A stretch of 64,000 nucleotides of DNA from Zootoca vivipara (lineage: Eukaryota), in assembly GCF_963506605.1 (NCBI RefSeq), contig NC_083282.1, positions 5,394,001-5,458,000 of the forward strand. The letters run 5' to 3'. The notes under the pieces were generated by a model. It was not told where the DNA came from and searched no databases. It saw nothing but the letters and a program-made list of their open reading frames with translations. Positions 50,888-61,963 of this stretch are shown piece by piece. The number at the start of each line of letters is the position of its first letter. Positions within the stretch are counted from its first letter, which is position 1. Both the position numbers and the translations under genes were made by a program.

Positions 50888-51279
50888 GTGTATATTATCC
50901 TGCAGCTCAGCCTTCGCAGTGTATGTCTCGATTTGTCCGGCCTCCACCGTCTGTTCCTGAACAAGGCTCTCCTTATTTAGAACATTACCCACCATACCTT
51001 CAGGATCGCATGGTGAATTCTCAGTACACTGCACAGCCCCAACAATATCCTCCTATGGGACAACCCATGTACCCTCCACATTATGACAGCCGGCGCATGT
51101 ACCCCCCTCCCCAGCCATACCAGAGGGAAGAAATCATCCGAGGAAGCCCTGTGCCCATCGAAATTCCTCCACCAGCTGTGTCACCATATGTACCTGAAAC
51201 AAGAGACAGATATCCACAAATGGAAGGCTACTATCCAGTTGGTCCACATCTGAGTCAGATCAGACCTTCATATCACAGG
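50888..51279 (+). CDS. RC3H1: RC3H1 coding exon 11 (Pro/Tyr-rich)
   Basis: [22 protein letters not shown]...[16 protein letters not shown]...RPSYHR. Confidence 0.94.
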
Positions 51280-51599
51280 GTATGAGTTCTATATGTCACT
51301 TCTTGTTTGTTTGTCTGTCTGTCTGTCTGTCTGGTTTTTTTTGGGGGGGGGGGCTTGGCATTTTAGTCTACGAAATGCTATACAGTCTTCATTCTTGCAG
51401 AAGCTCTGTGTAATCCCATTTTACACAAGGGAGAAGTAGAAAGTTGGGCTTGATTAGGGCAACTGAGTAAGTTCATGACCAAGTAGGGATTTTCATCTAG
51501 ATCAGGCCCATATGTATGTTTCATTTAAATTAAATAAAAATGTACATCAGAGAAACTAAGATTCTGCAATAACAAAAGGTAAAAATTGAAACCTTTATA

Positions 51600-52956
51600 C
51601 AGTGGTACCTCGGTTTATGAACACAATTGGTTCCAGAAGTCTGTTCATAAACTGAAGCGAACTTTCTCATTGAAAGTAATGGAAAGTGGATTAATCCGTT
51701 CCAGATGATGAAAAACACCCCCTAAAACAGCAATTTAACACAAATTTTACTAATGAGACCATTGATCCATAAAATGAAGGCAATAATCAATGTACTGCAC
51801 TATAAAATAATTAAGACAGTATTGTCCCTTATGTCCACTGATGATAGTCAGTTTGGATAGGGGGCTTTTATCCATTTCTGCAGCCACACAATCAACCAGT
51901 AGCTGAACTGGGTTCCACACAGTCACAAAAAAAAGTCACAAAAATAAAGCCACAAGCCGCAGTCACAAAAGCAAAAAACAAAGTGTTTTCTTACCTAACT
52001 TTGGGGCTGGGAAGCTACCTGCTGGACATCATCCTGCGGGGCAGTTGTGGAGGCCTCTGGGCCTCTGCAGCTGGAGGCCAATTGCGGGGCCTCTGTAGGA
52101 CGCTCCAAGTTCCCATAATCTTAGAGCTGGGAGGGGCCCCCAGGGTCATCTAGCTGAACCCCCTGCAATTATTTTTGCCCACGACCCTGAGATTTAATAG
52201 CCCTCCTGCCCCCCCCCAAATGGCTGGCGGATGGGGGGGGGAAGCGAACATGAACCTGAAGCGGCGGCGGCAGCAAAGGGGAGAAAACCAGCGGCCGCCT
52301 AGTGGAGAAGAGGGTAGTCCGGGGGTGGGCGGGGGGGAAAGAAGGGAAGCAGCCTTGGATCGGGGCCTCTGCGGAGGTCCGGAATGAAGCCCCGGCCTCT
52401 GCGAAGCCATCCGAGGCTCCGTTGCTGCAGCGCAGCCTCGGATGGCTTCGCGGAGGCCAGGGCTTTGATCCGGACCTCCGCAAAGGCCCAGGCTTGGATC
52501 GGGTCTCCGCGGAGGTCCGGATCGAAGCCCCGGCCTCTGCGAAGCCATCCGAGGCTCCGTTGTTGCAGCACAGTCTCGGATGGCTTTGCGGAGGCCGGGG
52601 CTTTGATCCGGACCTCCGCAAAGGCCCAGGCTTGGATCGGGTCTCCGCGGAGGTCCGGAACGAAGCCCCGGCCTCCGCGAAGCCATCCGAGGCTGCGCTG
52701 CAGCAACGGAGCCTCGGATGGCTTCGCAGAGGCCGGGGCTTTGATCCGGACCTCCGCAAAGGCCCAGGCTTGAATCAGGACCTCCGCGAAGGTCCGGAGC
52801 GAGGCCCCGGCCTCCGCTAAGCCATCTGAGGGCCTCCGGTGCTGCAGCGGAGGCCTTCCTTGGCCTCGAACACCTCGGGTTACTTACTTCCGGGTTTCGG
52901 TTGTTCGTAAACCGAATGTTCGTAACCCGAGGTGTTCGTAAACCGAGGTTCCACTG
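51600..52956. mobile_element. Large Tigger/pogo-type non-autonomous element with GC-rich cargo
   Basis: TA|cagtggtacctcggttta ... taaaccgaggttccactg|TA; contains a SINE/CR1 tail fragment (~52113-52168) and a 138-bp tandem repeat. Confidence 0.8.
52355..52860. repeat. 138-bp GC-rich tandem repeat (~3.5 copies), each unit a palindrome
   Basis: gcggaggtccgg anchor recurs at 52371, 52509, 52647 and ~52786. Confidence 0.95.
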
Positions 52957-53667
52957 TAATTAAAAATACATTTATTTATTTTTTAATTTTTATCATTTCT
53001 TTTTGCCTCTGCTACCCATGTGGGACATACAGAGAGGGACGGCTTGCCCTTAGTTGCTGAAAATGAGAGGTCAAGTTTGCACTGTATTCCCACTCAAAAA
53101 ATTCTGGACCAGAACCATAGCTTCCATTGGTGAGCGAAGACCCGCTCCTTTCTGGCAGCTTAGACTTTCTCCAGAAACACGGGCATTTTTGTTAGAGGAA
53201 CAAGATGATATTTTCTTCCAGCCTGACTCTGAGGTCTTGAGGCATACAAAGTGGGGTTCTAGCACATCCTCATCCAAAGATCTCCAATTTGAGGGCTGGG
53301 ACTTCTTTACTTACACATCATTGGAGACTTTGCCACACAGGGTGCAGAGTACAGTCTCTGTCTTAGAACTGAATTTCTGCAGAGAATCAAGGGGAATACT
53401 GTCCCCTTCTGGAGTGAATTGCAGAGGCTATTATGGTCAACTCCAGAGTTTTGGAGGAGCAGAATGCTCAAATATAAAGCATTCTAGACTTCAGATTTGG
53501 ACAAAAATACACCCCCTCCGTGCTTAGTCTTGTTCATTGTCGTTGATGTCTAACAATTGTGGATTGTGGGCTGCAGCTTTAGATTCACATGTAGAATGGA
53601 TAATTGATTGTGTCTTAAATTTTAAATGTTTTAAGTATTACTTTTCAAAATGATATTCTGTCTTCAG

Positions 53668-53826
53668 GAGCCTTATAGCCGGCCTCCCCCTCAGCCTCAT
53701 CCCAGTCTAGATGATTTGCACCGACGACGAAAGGAGATCATGGCCCAGCTAGAGGAAAGGAAGGTCATCTCCCCACCTCCTTTTGCACCATCACCAACTC
53801 TGCCTCACTCTTTACACACTGATGAG
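53668..53826 (+). CDS. RC3H1: RC3H1 coding exon 12
   Basis: [53 protein letters not shown]. Confidence 0.95.
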
Positions 53827-54881
53827 GTGAACATGTTTTTAAAATGATTTTAAAATATAGCTGTTGCTTTAGTAATAGTCATGGAAGTAGGTTTAGTAAT
53901 GAACAGGGGTGTCAGATTTGATGACGTGAACATGCGTGAGGGCCAACCAAAGTTGTTGACCTTTTTTTAGGATTGAAGTTATTGACCTTTTCTACAATTT
54001 TACCCCAAAAGCTGAGCTTTTCCGGGGATTTTTATACCCAGGATTAAACCAACCGGCAGGCTGGATTAGGCCCCTGAAACAGACTTTGGACATGCCTGGT
54101 AATGAACAATGAATGTAAACTGACATGCAGGGAGAAAGGTGCATTTGAACCATGTCCTGCCAGAATCTCACTGCATCCAGCCATGTGTAGGAGAGAGAGT
54201 GCACACACATGCATTGGACAGAACAGCATGATCAGCATGAATTGCTTAGAATTGTCCACATGATCTGAGCCTATGCACATTGGATTTTAAAGATGTGCAC
54301 CCTATTTAAATGTTATGCCACATGTGGAGATTCAGTGGCTTGGGAAACAGGAGGGTCTTGTCAGATTGTGTGGGGAAAGAAGGCGTACTCTCACTTGCCC
54401 ACCATGCTTCAGATGCATCATGTCTAAACTGGGCTAGAGACATAGTAATGAGAGCTTCAGAGAAATACTGTGCCATCAGTGTCCCTTTTTAGAGCTGACT
54501 TCTAAATAAGCCAGTCCAATAGAATGGCCTCCCAATTTTAGTGGCACATTGAATGCACTCATTATATTTGAAGGTTTTTTGTATTAACAGCCATATTTCA
54601 TGTTCCCATTAAATATTAGAATGGTGTTAACTAGGCTTGTGATGTTGGGCGCATTTATTTACATTTTATGCAAATTTATGCAAGAAATACCATATACAAT
54701 AGCCATACTGGAAGTGTCTGAACACTTTCAAACCACTTTGTCTCTTGTGCTATTTCAGAGTCAATTTAGAAGTTTAGTGGAGGCACATAGGATTTTTTAA
54801 AATTTAATTTTAGTACTATTGCAATAACTGAATGTTATTCTTCTCCTTCACTTACAAAAATGGACTTTGGTTTTTTTGCAG

Positions 54882-55034
54882 TATATAGATGAAGATCTGA
54901 AGGTAGCTGGCAAATACAAAGGAAATGATTATAGCCAGTACTCTCCCTGGTCATGTGAAACCATTGGCTCCTACATTGGAACCAAAGATGCAAAACCCAA
55001 AGACACAGCAGCAGTGGGACTTGTTGAGATGGGG
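54882..55034 (+). CDS. RC3H1: RC3H1 coding exon 13
   Basis: [41 protein letters not shown]...VEMG. Confidence 0.95.
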
Positions 55035-55520
55035 GTAAGCATGCAGAGAAGACCAAACGATCAGTGCCAGAGGGTGCTATTCAAATGGACCTTGTACCAG
55101 AAGGGCAGATTATAATAAGTTGGCTTTAGCATGCAGTAAATCCTAGCTCTAGACTATTTGTTAAAAGGTGTGGACCACGTTAGTGTTATGGTTCTGAACC
55201 ATGTGTCACAAGAGAACTGTTTGTGTGCTGTGAAAAGAGAAAAAGGTATCTACTCCGAGAAAGCTGTTTGCTGTGTCTCTATCTGATTCCCTGCTCTAGC
55301 CTTGCCTCCTTCATCAACTTGTGTGTGCTGAGCCAAAACGCCCCCCTTCCTGTCTTTCTGCCACTCCATTTGCACTCAAGTAAAATGAGGGCAACATTTC
55401 AACATTTTTTAATGGTGTGTGTGTGGTGGTGGTGGGGTTAACCAGAATTGGAGAACGGGGTTGGATGTAGCCCTGACTGTGTTCTGCTCCTCTTGGAGAT
55501 CCTCAGCTGTGTGAGAGATA

Positions 55521-55733
55521 CAGTGGTACCTCTACTTACGAATAACTCTACTTACAAATGTTTCTACTTACGAATGGAGCTCCGTCCGCCATCTTGGATG
55601 CAGTTTAGATAGGATTTTTTCTACTTACGAATTTTTTCTCCCAATGCATTCCTATGGGATTCGACTTACAATTTTTTTCTACTTACAAATGTGCGTTTGG
55701 AACGCATTAAATTCGTAAGTAGAGGTACCACTG
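55521..55733. mobile_element. Tc1/pogo(Tigger)-type MITE
   Basis: TA|cagtggtacctctacttacgaat ... attcgtaagtagaggtaccactg|TA. Confidence 0.9.
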
Positions 55734-56094
55734 TACTGCATTCTGGGAAGAAGGAGAATAGTGGGCTCCAACGGTATAACCTTCCAACGGAACAGCAGTA
55801 TATAAATGTTTTAATTTATCTTTAATATCAATTTGTCTTTGGTAGTGGTTTGGGCAGCCACATAAAATATTATAGAATATTAAAATATTAAAGGGTCCAA
55901 GAGAAATCCTAGAAGGTGTTCATTTTTTAAAAGTGTATCTAGATTTTGAAAGAAATTTGTTGGAACAGGGTCTTTCTGCACATGTGCCCCCACCCCCAGT
56001 TCCCTGTGAAATGATAATTTTATTCTTACTGAGACGAGTTAGTTAAAATGGAGAATCTTGCTTATAATCCCCTATTTTTGGTTCACCCTCCCAG

Positions 56095-56308
56095 AACGTG
56101 GATAGCAAGGGAATGCGAGACCAGCGTTTGGATTTGCAGAGGAGAGCAGCAGAGACTGGTGACGATGATCTTATTCCATTTGGAGATCGGCCTACGGTAT
56201 CAAGGTTTGGTGCCATCTCACGTACATCTAAGGCGATGTATCAGAACCCTGGCCCCATGCAAGCCATGACAGTCCAAGGGGCATCTACAAAGCCAGGCAA
56301 CATTTCAG
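56095..56308 (+). CDS. RC3H1: RC3H1 coding exon 14
   Basis: [46 protein letters not shown]...NIS. Confidence 0.95.
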
Positions 56309-56868
56309 GTATGCAGTGTACCCCTTTGGAGGCCGGCTTTCTTTTGCAGTAGGCTTTCATCAGTCCTGAAGTGTAGAATTAGGAGTTGCTAATAGACACA
56401 CAAATTTAGAATTTCCTGTAGGAGCCTCCTCACTTCAGCCATAACCTTGGGAGACATTCCACAGCTAGTTGGTGTTTGTACCTGTGCTTCTTCAACTAAA
56501 GCCTGTATGCCATGTGGCAAATGGTTCAAAAATTGAGAAATCCGAAAACGGGTTTGTGAAATGACATAGGGAGAGACTTTTTAATAATTCTCTGTGAGCT
56601 AATGTAAACCCTTGAGCGTGCCTGAAGTTCCTCCTTGAGTCCCAGTGCTTGTCTGCAGCATGAAGAAGATGGGAGCTCTGCCTTGTATAGTGATTTCAGC
56701 TTAAGTGGGGGCAGTTTGGACAGAGAAGCATAGGGAGGCATTTGGGACACACACTGTACCAAGTGGATACATGGCCCTGCTGCGCTGCCACTTACTCAGC
56801 ATACTCACTGTGGCAAACCTGTGAGTGAGCCTTTTAGTGACATATAAGCAAATTCTAAATGTTATGTC

Positions 56869-57004
56869 CAGGCATCCCCAAACTGCAGCCCTCCAGATGT
56901 TTTGGCCTATAACTCCCATGATCCCTAGCTAACAGGACCAGTGGTCAGGGATGATGGGAATTGTAGTCCAAAACATCTGGAGGGCCGAAGTTTGGGGATG
57001 CCTG
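56869..57004. mobile_element. hAT-type MITE
   Basis: Near-identical to 11317-11452. Confidence 0.9.
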
Positions 57005-57456
57005 GTTTATGTCCTACATGCAAAAGTCAGCGTAGATTTTGCCAATACCCCTTTAGCCTACGTAAGCAGCCTTTCCCCAGGCTAGAAGTAATGAGTGTTT
57101 GTTTTTTTTGCTCCCTCTGCAGATCTATCTTTCTTTTTTGAAAGCTGGAATGGGTATTTTAAAGGTCTCCAACATTCTCTGTGGTGTTGTTCAACTGCTC
57201 TTTGGTCTTTTCTTCCATTCCCATCCCAGTCACCAAACATTTTATGGTGGCTGTTTTAAAAGGAGATGGAAATATGACCCAGATCTGTCAGTATTTTTGC
57301 AGACTTTCTTCAATATACATTTTTTCACAAAAGGAAAGAAAAATCAGTTAATATTACATACATTGCCTTAGCAACTGTGCAACTTCATCTTCTCTACCAT
57401 AAATATAAGTCATTTGAATCAGCACTTTTTAATAGCCCTTTCCAATTGCTTTGTAG

Positions 57457-57550
57457 ATTACAGCCCTTATGAAACACACAGTGCATGGGGAGGTTCGCCA
57501 TATTCACCTCATCAAAACATACCTTCTTCTCAGGGACGCCCTAGTGACAG
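57457..57550 (+). CDS. RC3H1: RC3H1 coding exon 15
   Basis: DYSPYETHSAWGGSPYSPHQNIPSSQGRPSDR; donor CAG|GTAAGA. Confidence 0.92.
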
Positions 57551-57685
57551 GTAAGAGTGTCCAAACGAGGATCCAAACCTGCTGTGTTTGGGTGGACAAT
57601 ACTATACAAGTTTTTGTCTTTTCTAATGCCTTGAAAAGGGAGAACTGAAACATTTGCTTCTTTTTCAAATTCTCTGTCATCAAAG

Positions 57686-57815
57686 GGAGAGATTGTCTAT
57701 GACAGACGTGGCTGGCCATGGGAAGCCTTTGCCCTCATCTGAGAGGGAACAGCAGCTTCGACTTGAACTGCAGCAGCTAAACCATCAGATTAGCCAGCAG
57801 ACACGAGGACTGGAG
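57686..57815 (+). CDS. RC3H1: RC3H1 coding exon 16
   Basis: ERLSMTDVAGHGKPLPSSEREQQLRLELQQLNHQISQQTRGLE. Confidence 0.92.
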
Positions 57816-59214
57816 GTTAGTTACCTAATATTGCACTAGATAATATGCAAACACCAAAGATGCCTGTAACTATTTTGTGACAGACATTTCTGAAATATTA
57901 ATGCTTCAGTGCTAAGACCTTTAAGATGAAATCATTCAAACACATTTTCATATATATGTATATATAATTCAATTCTTAATTTCAGATGTCATTTAGATAC
58001 CAGTATGCTTATATTTTATTTGTTCAGCTAGGTACAGATCAGTCCAAATTAGGCAGAAATAATTTGTTTTAGTGCAGTGGTTCTCAGGCTAGGAGCAACT
58101 CAATCAACATTGAATGATTTGCTGCAGACTCCTGTGCACTGCTACGTAACATGGAGGATGTTCTAGGACGCAGTCAGCTGATTACCAAACCTATTTGGCC
58201 TCCCTGCTGCCCTTTATGAACACTTCTTGAGCACCACTCCTGCAACTACAGGTTGCAAGGGAAGATCACTGGTGATAGGGAAACTATATTTTAAGGAAGC
58301 TTAACTGCCATCACCTCCTTCTCATTAAGTAACCTCTAGTAAGCTTCCAAGAAATCGCAGAAAGCCACTGCTTCAAAACCAGGATGTGGGGTGCATGGGG
58401 TCTCAGGACTCTAGTCAGATGCTTGGTTAAGTCAGCTTCACCACAGCACCAGCTTGCAGTAAACTTGATTACAGTGAGACGCCTTGAGCAAGGTGGCCAA
58501 TCCCGGCACGTGTCAGATTTTTGCACAAAGCTTAAACAGGACACACCACCGTGCTTCTCTTTCAGTCACGCAATGAAATCTGTGGACAGTAGGGACAGAA
58601 CAGAGAAAAGAACATGGATTCACTACCTCAAGGAGGAGTGATGGCGTCTAGCTTGGATAGCTTCACTAAGAGCTGGTTTCTTAATGGCTAATAACTGTGA
58701 CAGTTAAATGGAACCGCCATGTTCCAAGTGTACCTATGAATTTTGGGGGGGAAACAGCAGGATGGTGCTCGCTATCTTTTCTCACTTGTGAGCTTCCCAC
58801 GTGCACCTGGCTGCCTCCTTCCAGAAAGAGAGTGCTGAACTAAATGAACCCTTGGCCTGATTCAGCAATGAACGTCTTGTGTCAGTGCTGTTTGCTTTTG
58901 TCTCACATCTTTCTTAGAGCATGGATCCAGGCATCACCACATACGCTACGAGCTGAAATGAAAGATTGTTCACAAAGCTTGGGGAAAGGGCTTGCATGTT
59001 TCACAAGCTACTGTATATTTCTGATTTAAGATTATATTCATGGGTGTGTGAAACATTCTTGGGAGTAATGACCAATTTGTGTATTTCATATGAGAAAGAA
59101 GGAAGGTTGGGTTTTGGGAACCAAGCAATACTCTTGAAATTTGGCCTCATCCTCATGTCTGCATGGTGTTTTTTCTGTGCTCAGTTGTGTATGTGCTTCG
59201 CTTTGTGCATTTAG

Positions 59215-59385
59215 GCTGTTAGTAACAGGCTGCTGTTGCAGAGGGAGGCGACCCCCTTGGCAGGCCAGCCACAGCCCCCACCGCCACCTCCTAAGTGGCC
59301 TGGAATGATCTCAAGTGAACAGCTGAGCTTGGAGCTGCACCAGGTGGAGAGGGAGATCGGGAAGAGAACCCGGGAGCTGAGCATG
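59215..59385 (+). CDS. RC3H1: RC3H1 coding exon 17 (coiled coil)
   Basis: [57 protein letters not shown]. Confidence 0.95.
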
Positions 59386-60430
59386 GTGAGTGTTTAGCAG
59401 GGTGAGCAGAGCAGATTGAAAAAGAAACTGCTGTTGCTGGGTGAGTTCCTCAAAGGTGTTATTCTAGATAACAGCTTCCCGTGTTAACTCTTCTTATTTA
59501 ATTTAAATATTCTGACTTCTGTAGCTTTGCAGGTCCCCCCCCCCTTATAATATATTATATAGTGCCAGGGTAATTGAAAGGCTCACTCCCGCCCCCCTTG
59601 GCAAGTGAATGAGGTGATAACGAGGCTTTCAAGTTTTACTACTATTTGGGACAGATTAGCATAGAGGAAATTGGAGAATGAGGAAAGTAATCAAGCAGAG
59701 GGTAGGTAACTCTTTCCTTGGTGGGTATTCCTACCTCACACTAGCAGTTTAAATAGTAATACTGCTTTGCATGATTGCATGTGTTTCTAATTGGAAGCTA
59801 AAGGTTGCATTTCAGCGGACTAAATCTATTTTTGTTAATTCTTAGTGTGTGATACAAGTTGAACACGTGCAGTCAGAAGTAAGCACCAATACATCAGGTC
59901 ATGTCACCTGACAGATCAGGGATATGAACCCAGGTCTCCCTAGCCAAATTCCATATGCTGATAACTACACCACCTTTGCCAGCTCACCATTATATAATTG
60001 TCAGCTGATCCCTATAAAATTGGATATTTATCATAAAATGGATCAACACGGTCTCATATTTAGACTCTCCTAGGAAGCCTGGCTAGGAGTTCTCATGATG
60101 AGCTCCTGGAGTTCAAAACTGTCCCACTGCATGCACTGTGTTGCAGCCTGGGCACCACACCTGTTAGTTGACATTTGGAAATGGAGCAGTGGTTTTCAAG
60201 CCTGTGGTGATAGAATTCTTTAGCTTTTGCTGCTTGATACATGTGCTTTTGTGTATCCTGAACAAATGGACAGGGCAGATATGTCTCAGATGTTCCCTTG
60301 CCCTGCAGCTTTTGTGTGAGTTGGTTTGTGCAGTGGTTTTAGAATTATCCCATTCCTCATCTGTGAAACAAGCATAGAAAACCTCTTACCTGCATTTAGT
60401 GAACTGTACATATTCCCATTCTTGCCCTAG

Positions 60431-60537
60431 GAGAGTCAGTCTTCATTGGAAGTGAAAAGCAAAGTGAGTGCCAGTAAGCAGACAGAAAATGGACAGCAAA
60501 GCAAGGTACCAGCTGAGGATGTTGCACTTACATTCAG
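60431..60537 (+). CDS. RC3H1: RC3H1 coding exon 18
   Basis: ESQSSLEVKSKVSASKQTENGQQSKVPAEDVALTFS. Confidence 0.9.
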
Positions 60538-60726
60538 GTAATAGCACTGGTCTTCAACTGGTGGGTCACAGCCTGATCCAAGGTGGGTCACAACAGGAGC
60601 ACTATCACCATGCAAACATATGCAGTCACAGAGCACACAGTAGCCTGTCAAATTTATTTTGCCCAGTTACCATCTCTGTCTATGCTCTGCTTTGAACTAG
60701 TGGTTGTGACATATTACAATATTGGG

Positions 60727-61083
60727 GTAAAGGTAAATGTAAAGGGACCCCTGACCATTAGGTCCAGTCGTGACCGACTCTGGGGTTGCGCGCTCATCTC
60801 GCATTATTGGCCGAGGGAGCCAGCGTATAGCTTCCAGGTCATGTGGCCAGCATGACATAGCCGTTTCTGGTGAACCAGAGCAGCACATGGAAACGCCGTT
60901 TACCTTCCCGCTGTAGCGGTTCCTATTTATCTACTTCCATTTTGACGTGCTTTCGAACTGCTAGGTTGGCAGGAGCTGGGACCAAGCAACGGGAGCTCAC
61001 CCCGTCACAGGGATTCGAACCGCCGACCTTCTGATCAGCAAGCCCTAGGCTCAGTGGTTTAACCACAGCGCCACCTGGTTCCC
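60727..61083 (-). mobile_element. Sauria SINE
   Basis: Reverse complement of the 12709 family; TSD tattggggta. Confidence 0.92.
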
Positions 61084-61266
61084 TACACTATTGGGGTACT
61101 GCTCCCTAAATGGAGTTGAGAAGGTCCAAACAGATGCAACTTAACAAGGCAGATTAAAGATACTAAAATAAACATGGCAATATATTCTCTTTTTTCTTGT
61201 GTATTCTGTTTGTTTTGGTGATTTATTATTGTTTTATGTCTAAACATAGAAATGCATTTTAAGGTA

Positions 61267-61506
61267 CAGTCGTGCCTTGGTTGGCGAACACCTTGCGATT
61301 CGAACGTTTTGGCTCCCGAAAGCCGCAAACCTGGAAGTGAGTGTTCCAGTTTGCGAATGTTCTTTGGAACCCGAACGCCTTCCGTGGCTTCCATTGGCTG
61401 CAGGAGCTTCCTGCAGCCAATCAGAAGCCGCACCTTGGTTTCCGATCGTTTTGGAAGTCAAACAGACTTCCAGAATGGATTCCGTTCAACTTCCGAGGTA
61501 CGGCTG
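61267..61506. mobile_element. Tc1/pogo-type MITE
   Basis: TA|cagtcgtgccttgg ... ccgaggtacggctg|TA. Confidence 0.85.
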
Positions 61507-61809
61507 TATGTGGAATTTGCTTCCACCCACATGCCCTGCCTAGAAAACCAATATAGTGGAACACAACAAATGTGAGTTAAAACCAATTCCACTACCTTCA
61601 GAATGCATAATCTGTCTTCACTGAATTTGTATTTAGAGTATTCTGTATTTTACCAGACTGTACTGATCTTTTGATTGTCATTGATAGTGGCCACTTGGGA
61701 CACCATGTCTTCTCAATATTGTTCTTTTTCTAAAACTTTATTCAGTTTCTTTATTTCTCTGCCTCACTGTCTTCACTGTTAATTTCCCTTTTTGGCATTC
61801 ATTCTTCAG

Positions 61810-61963
61810 CAGTGATGTTCCAAATGGATCAGCTCCAACCCAAGAAAGCATTGGCCTCCTCTCCAGCAAAACTGCAGCTCTGAGCTTGCCGGAAGATACT
61901 GAAGCGGGAGGAGGCGACTTGGATGCCCAGAGGACAGGAGCAACGCCTACATCTGCTCCCTGA
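61810..61963 (+). CDS. RC3H1: RC3H1 last coding exon
   Basis: SDVPNGSAPTQESIGLLSSKTAALSLPEDTEAGGGDLDAQRTGATPTSAP*; completes a 3408-nt in-frame CDS. Confidence 0.92.

Noticed and set aside
52150-52820. 129-196 aa ORFs on both strands
   Set aside because: Artefact of a GC-rich 138-bp (46-codon) palindromic tandem repeat.
53054-53527. 157-aa intronic ORF
   Set aside because: No recognisable domain or compositional signal, no promoter or polyA support; likely a chance ORF.
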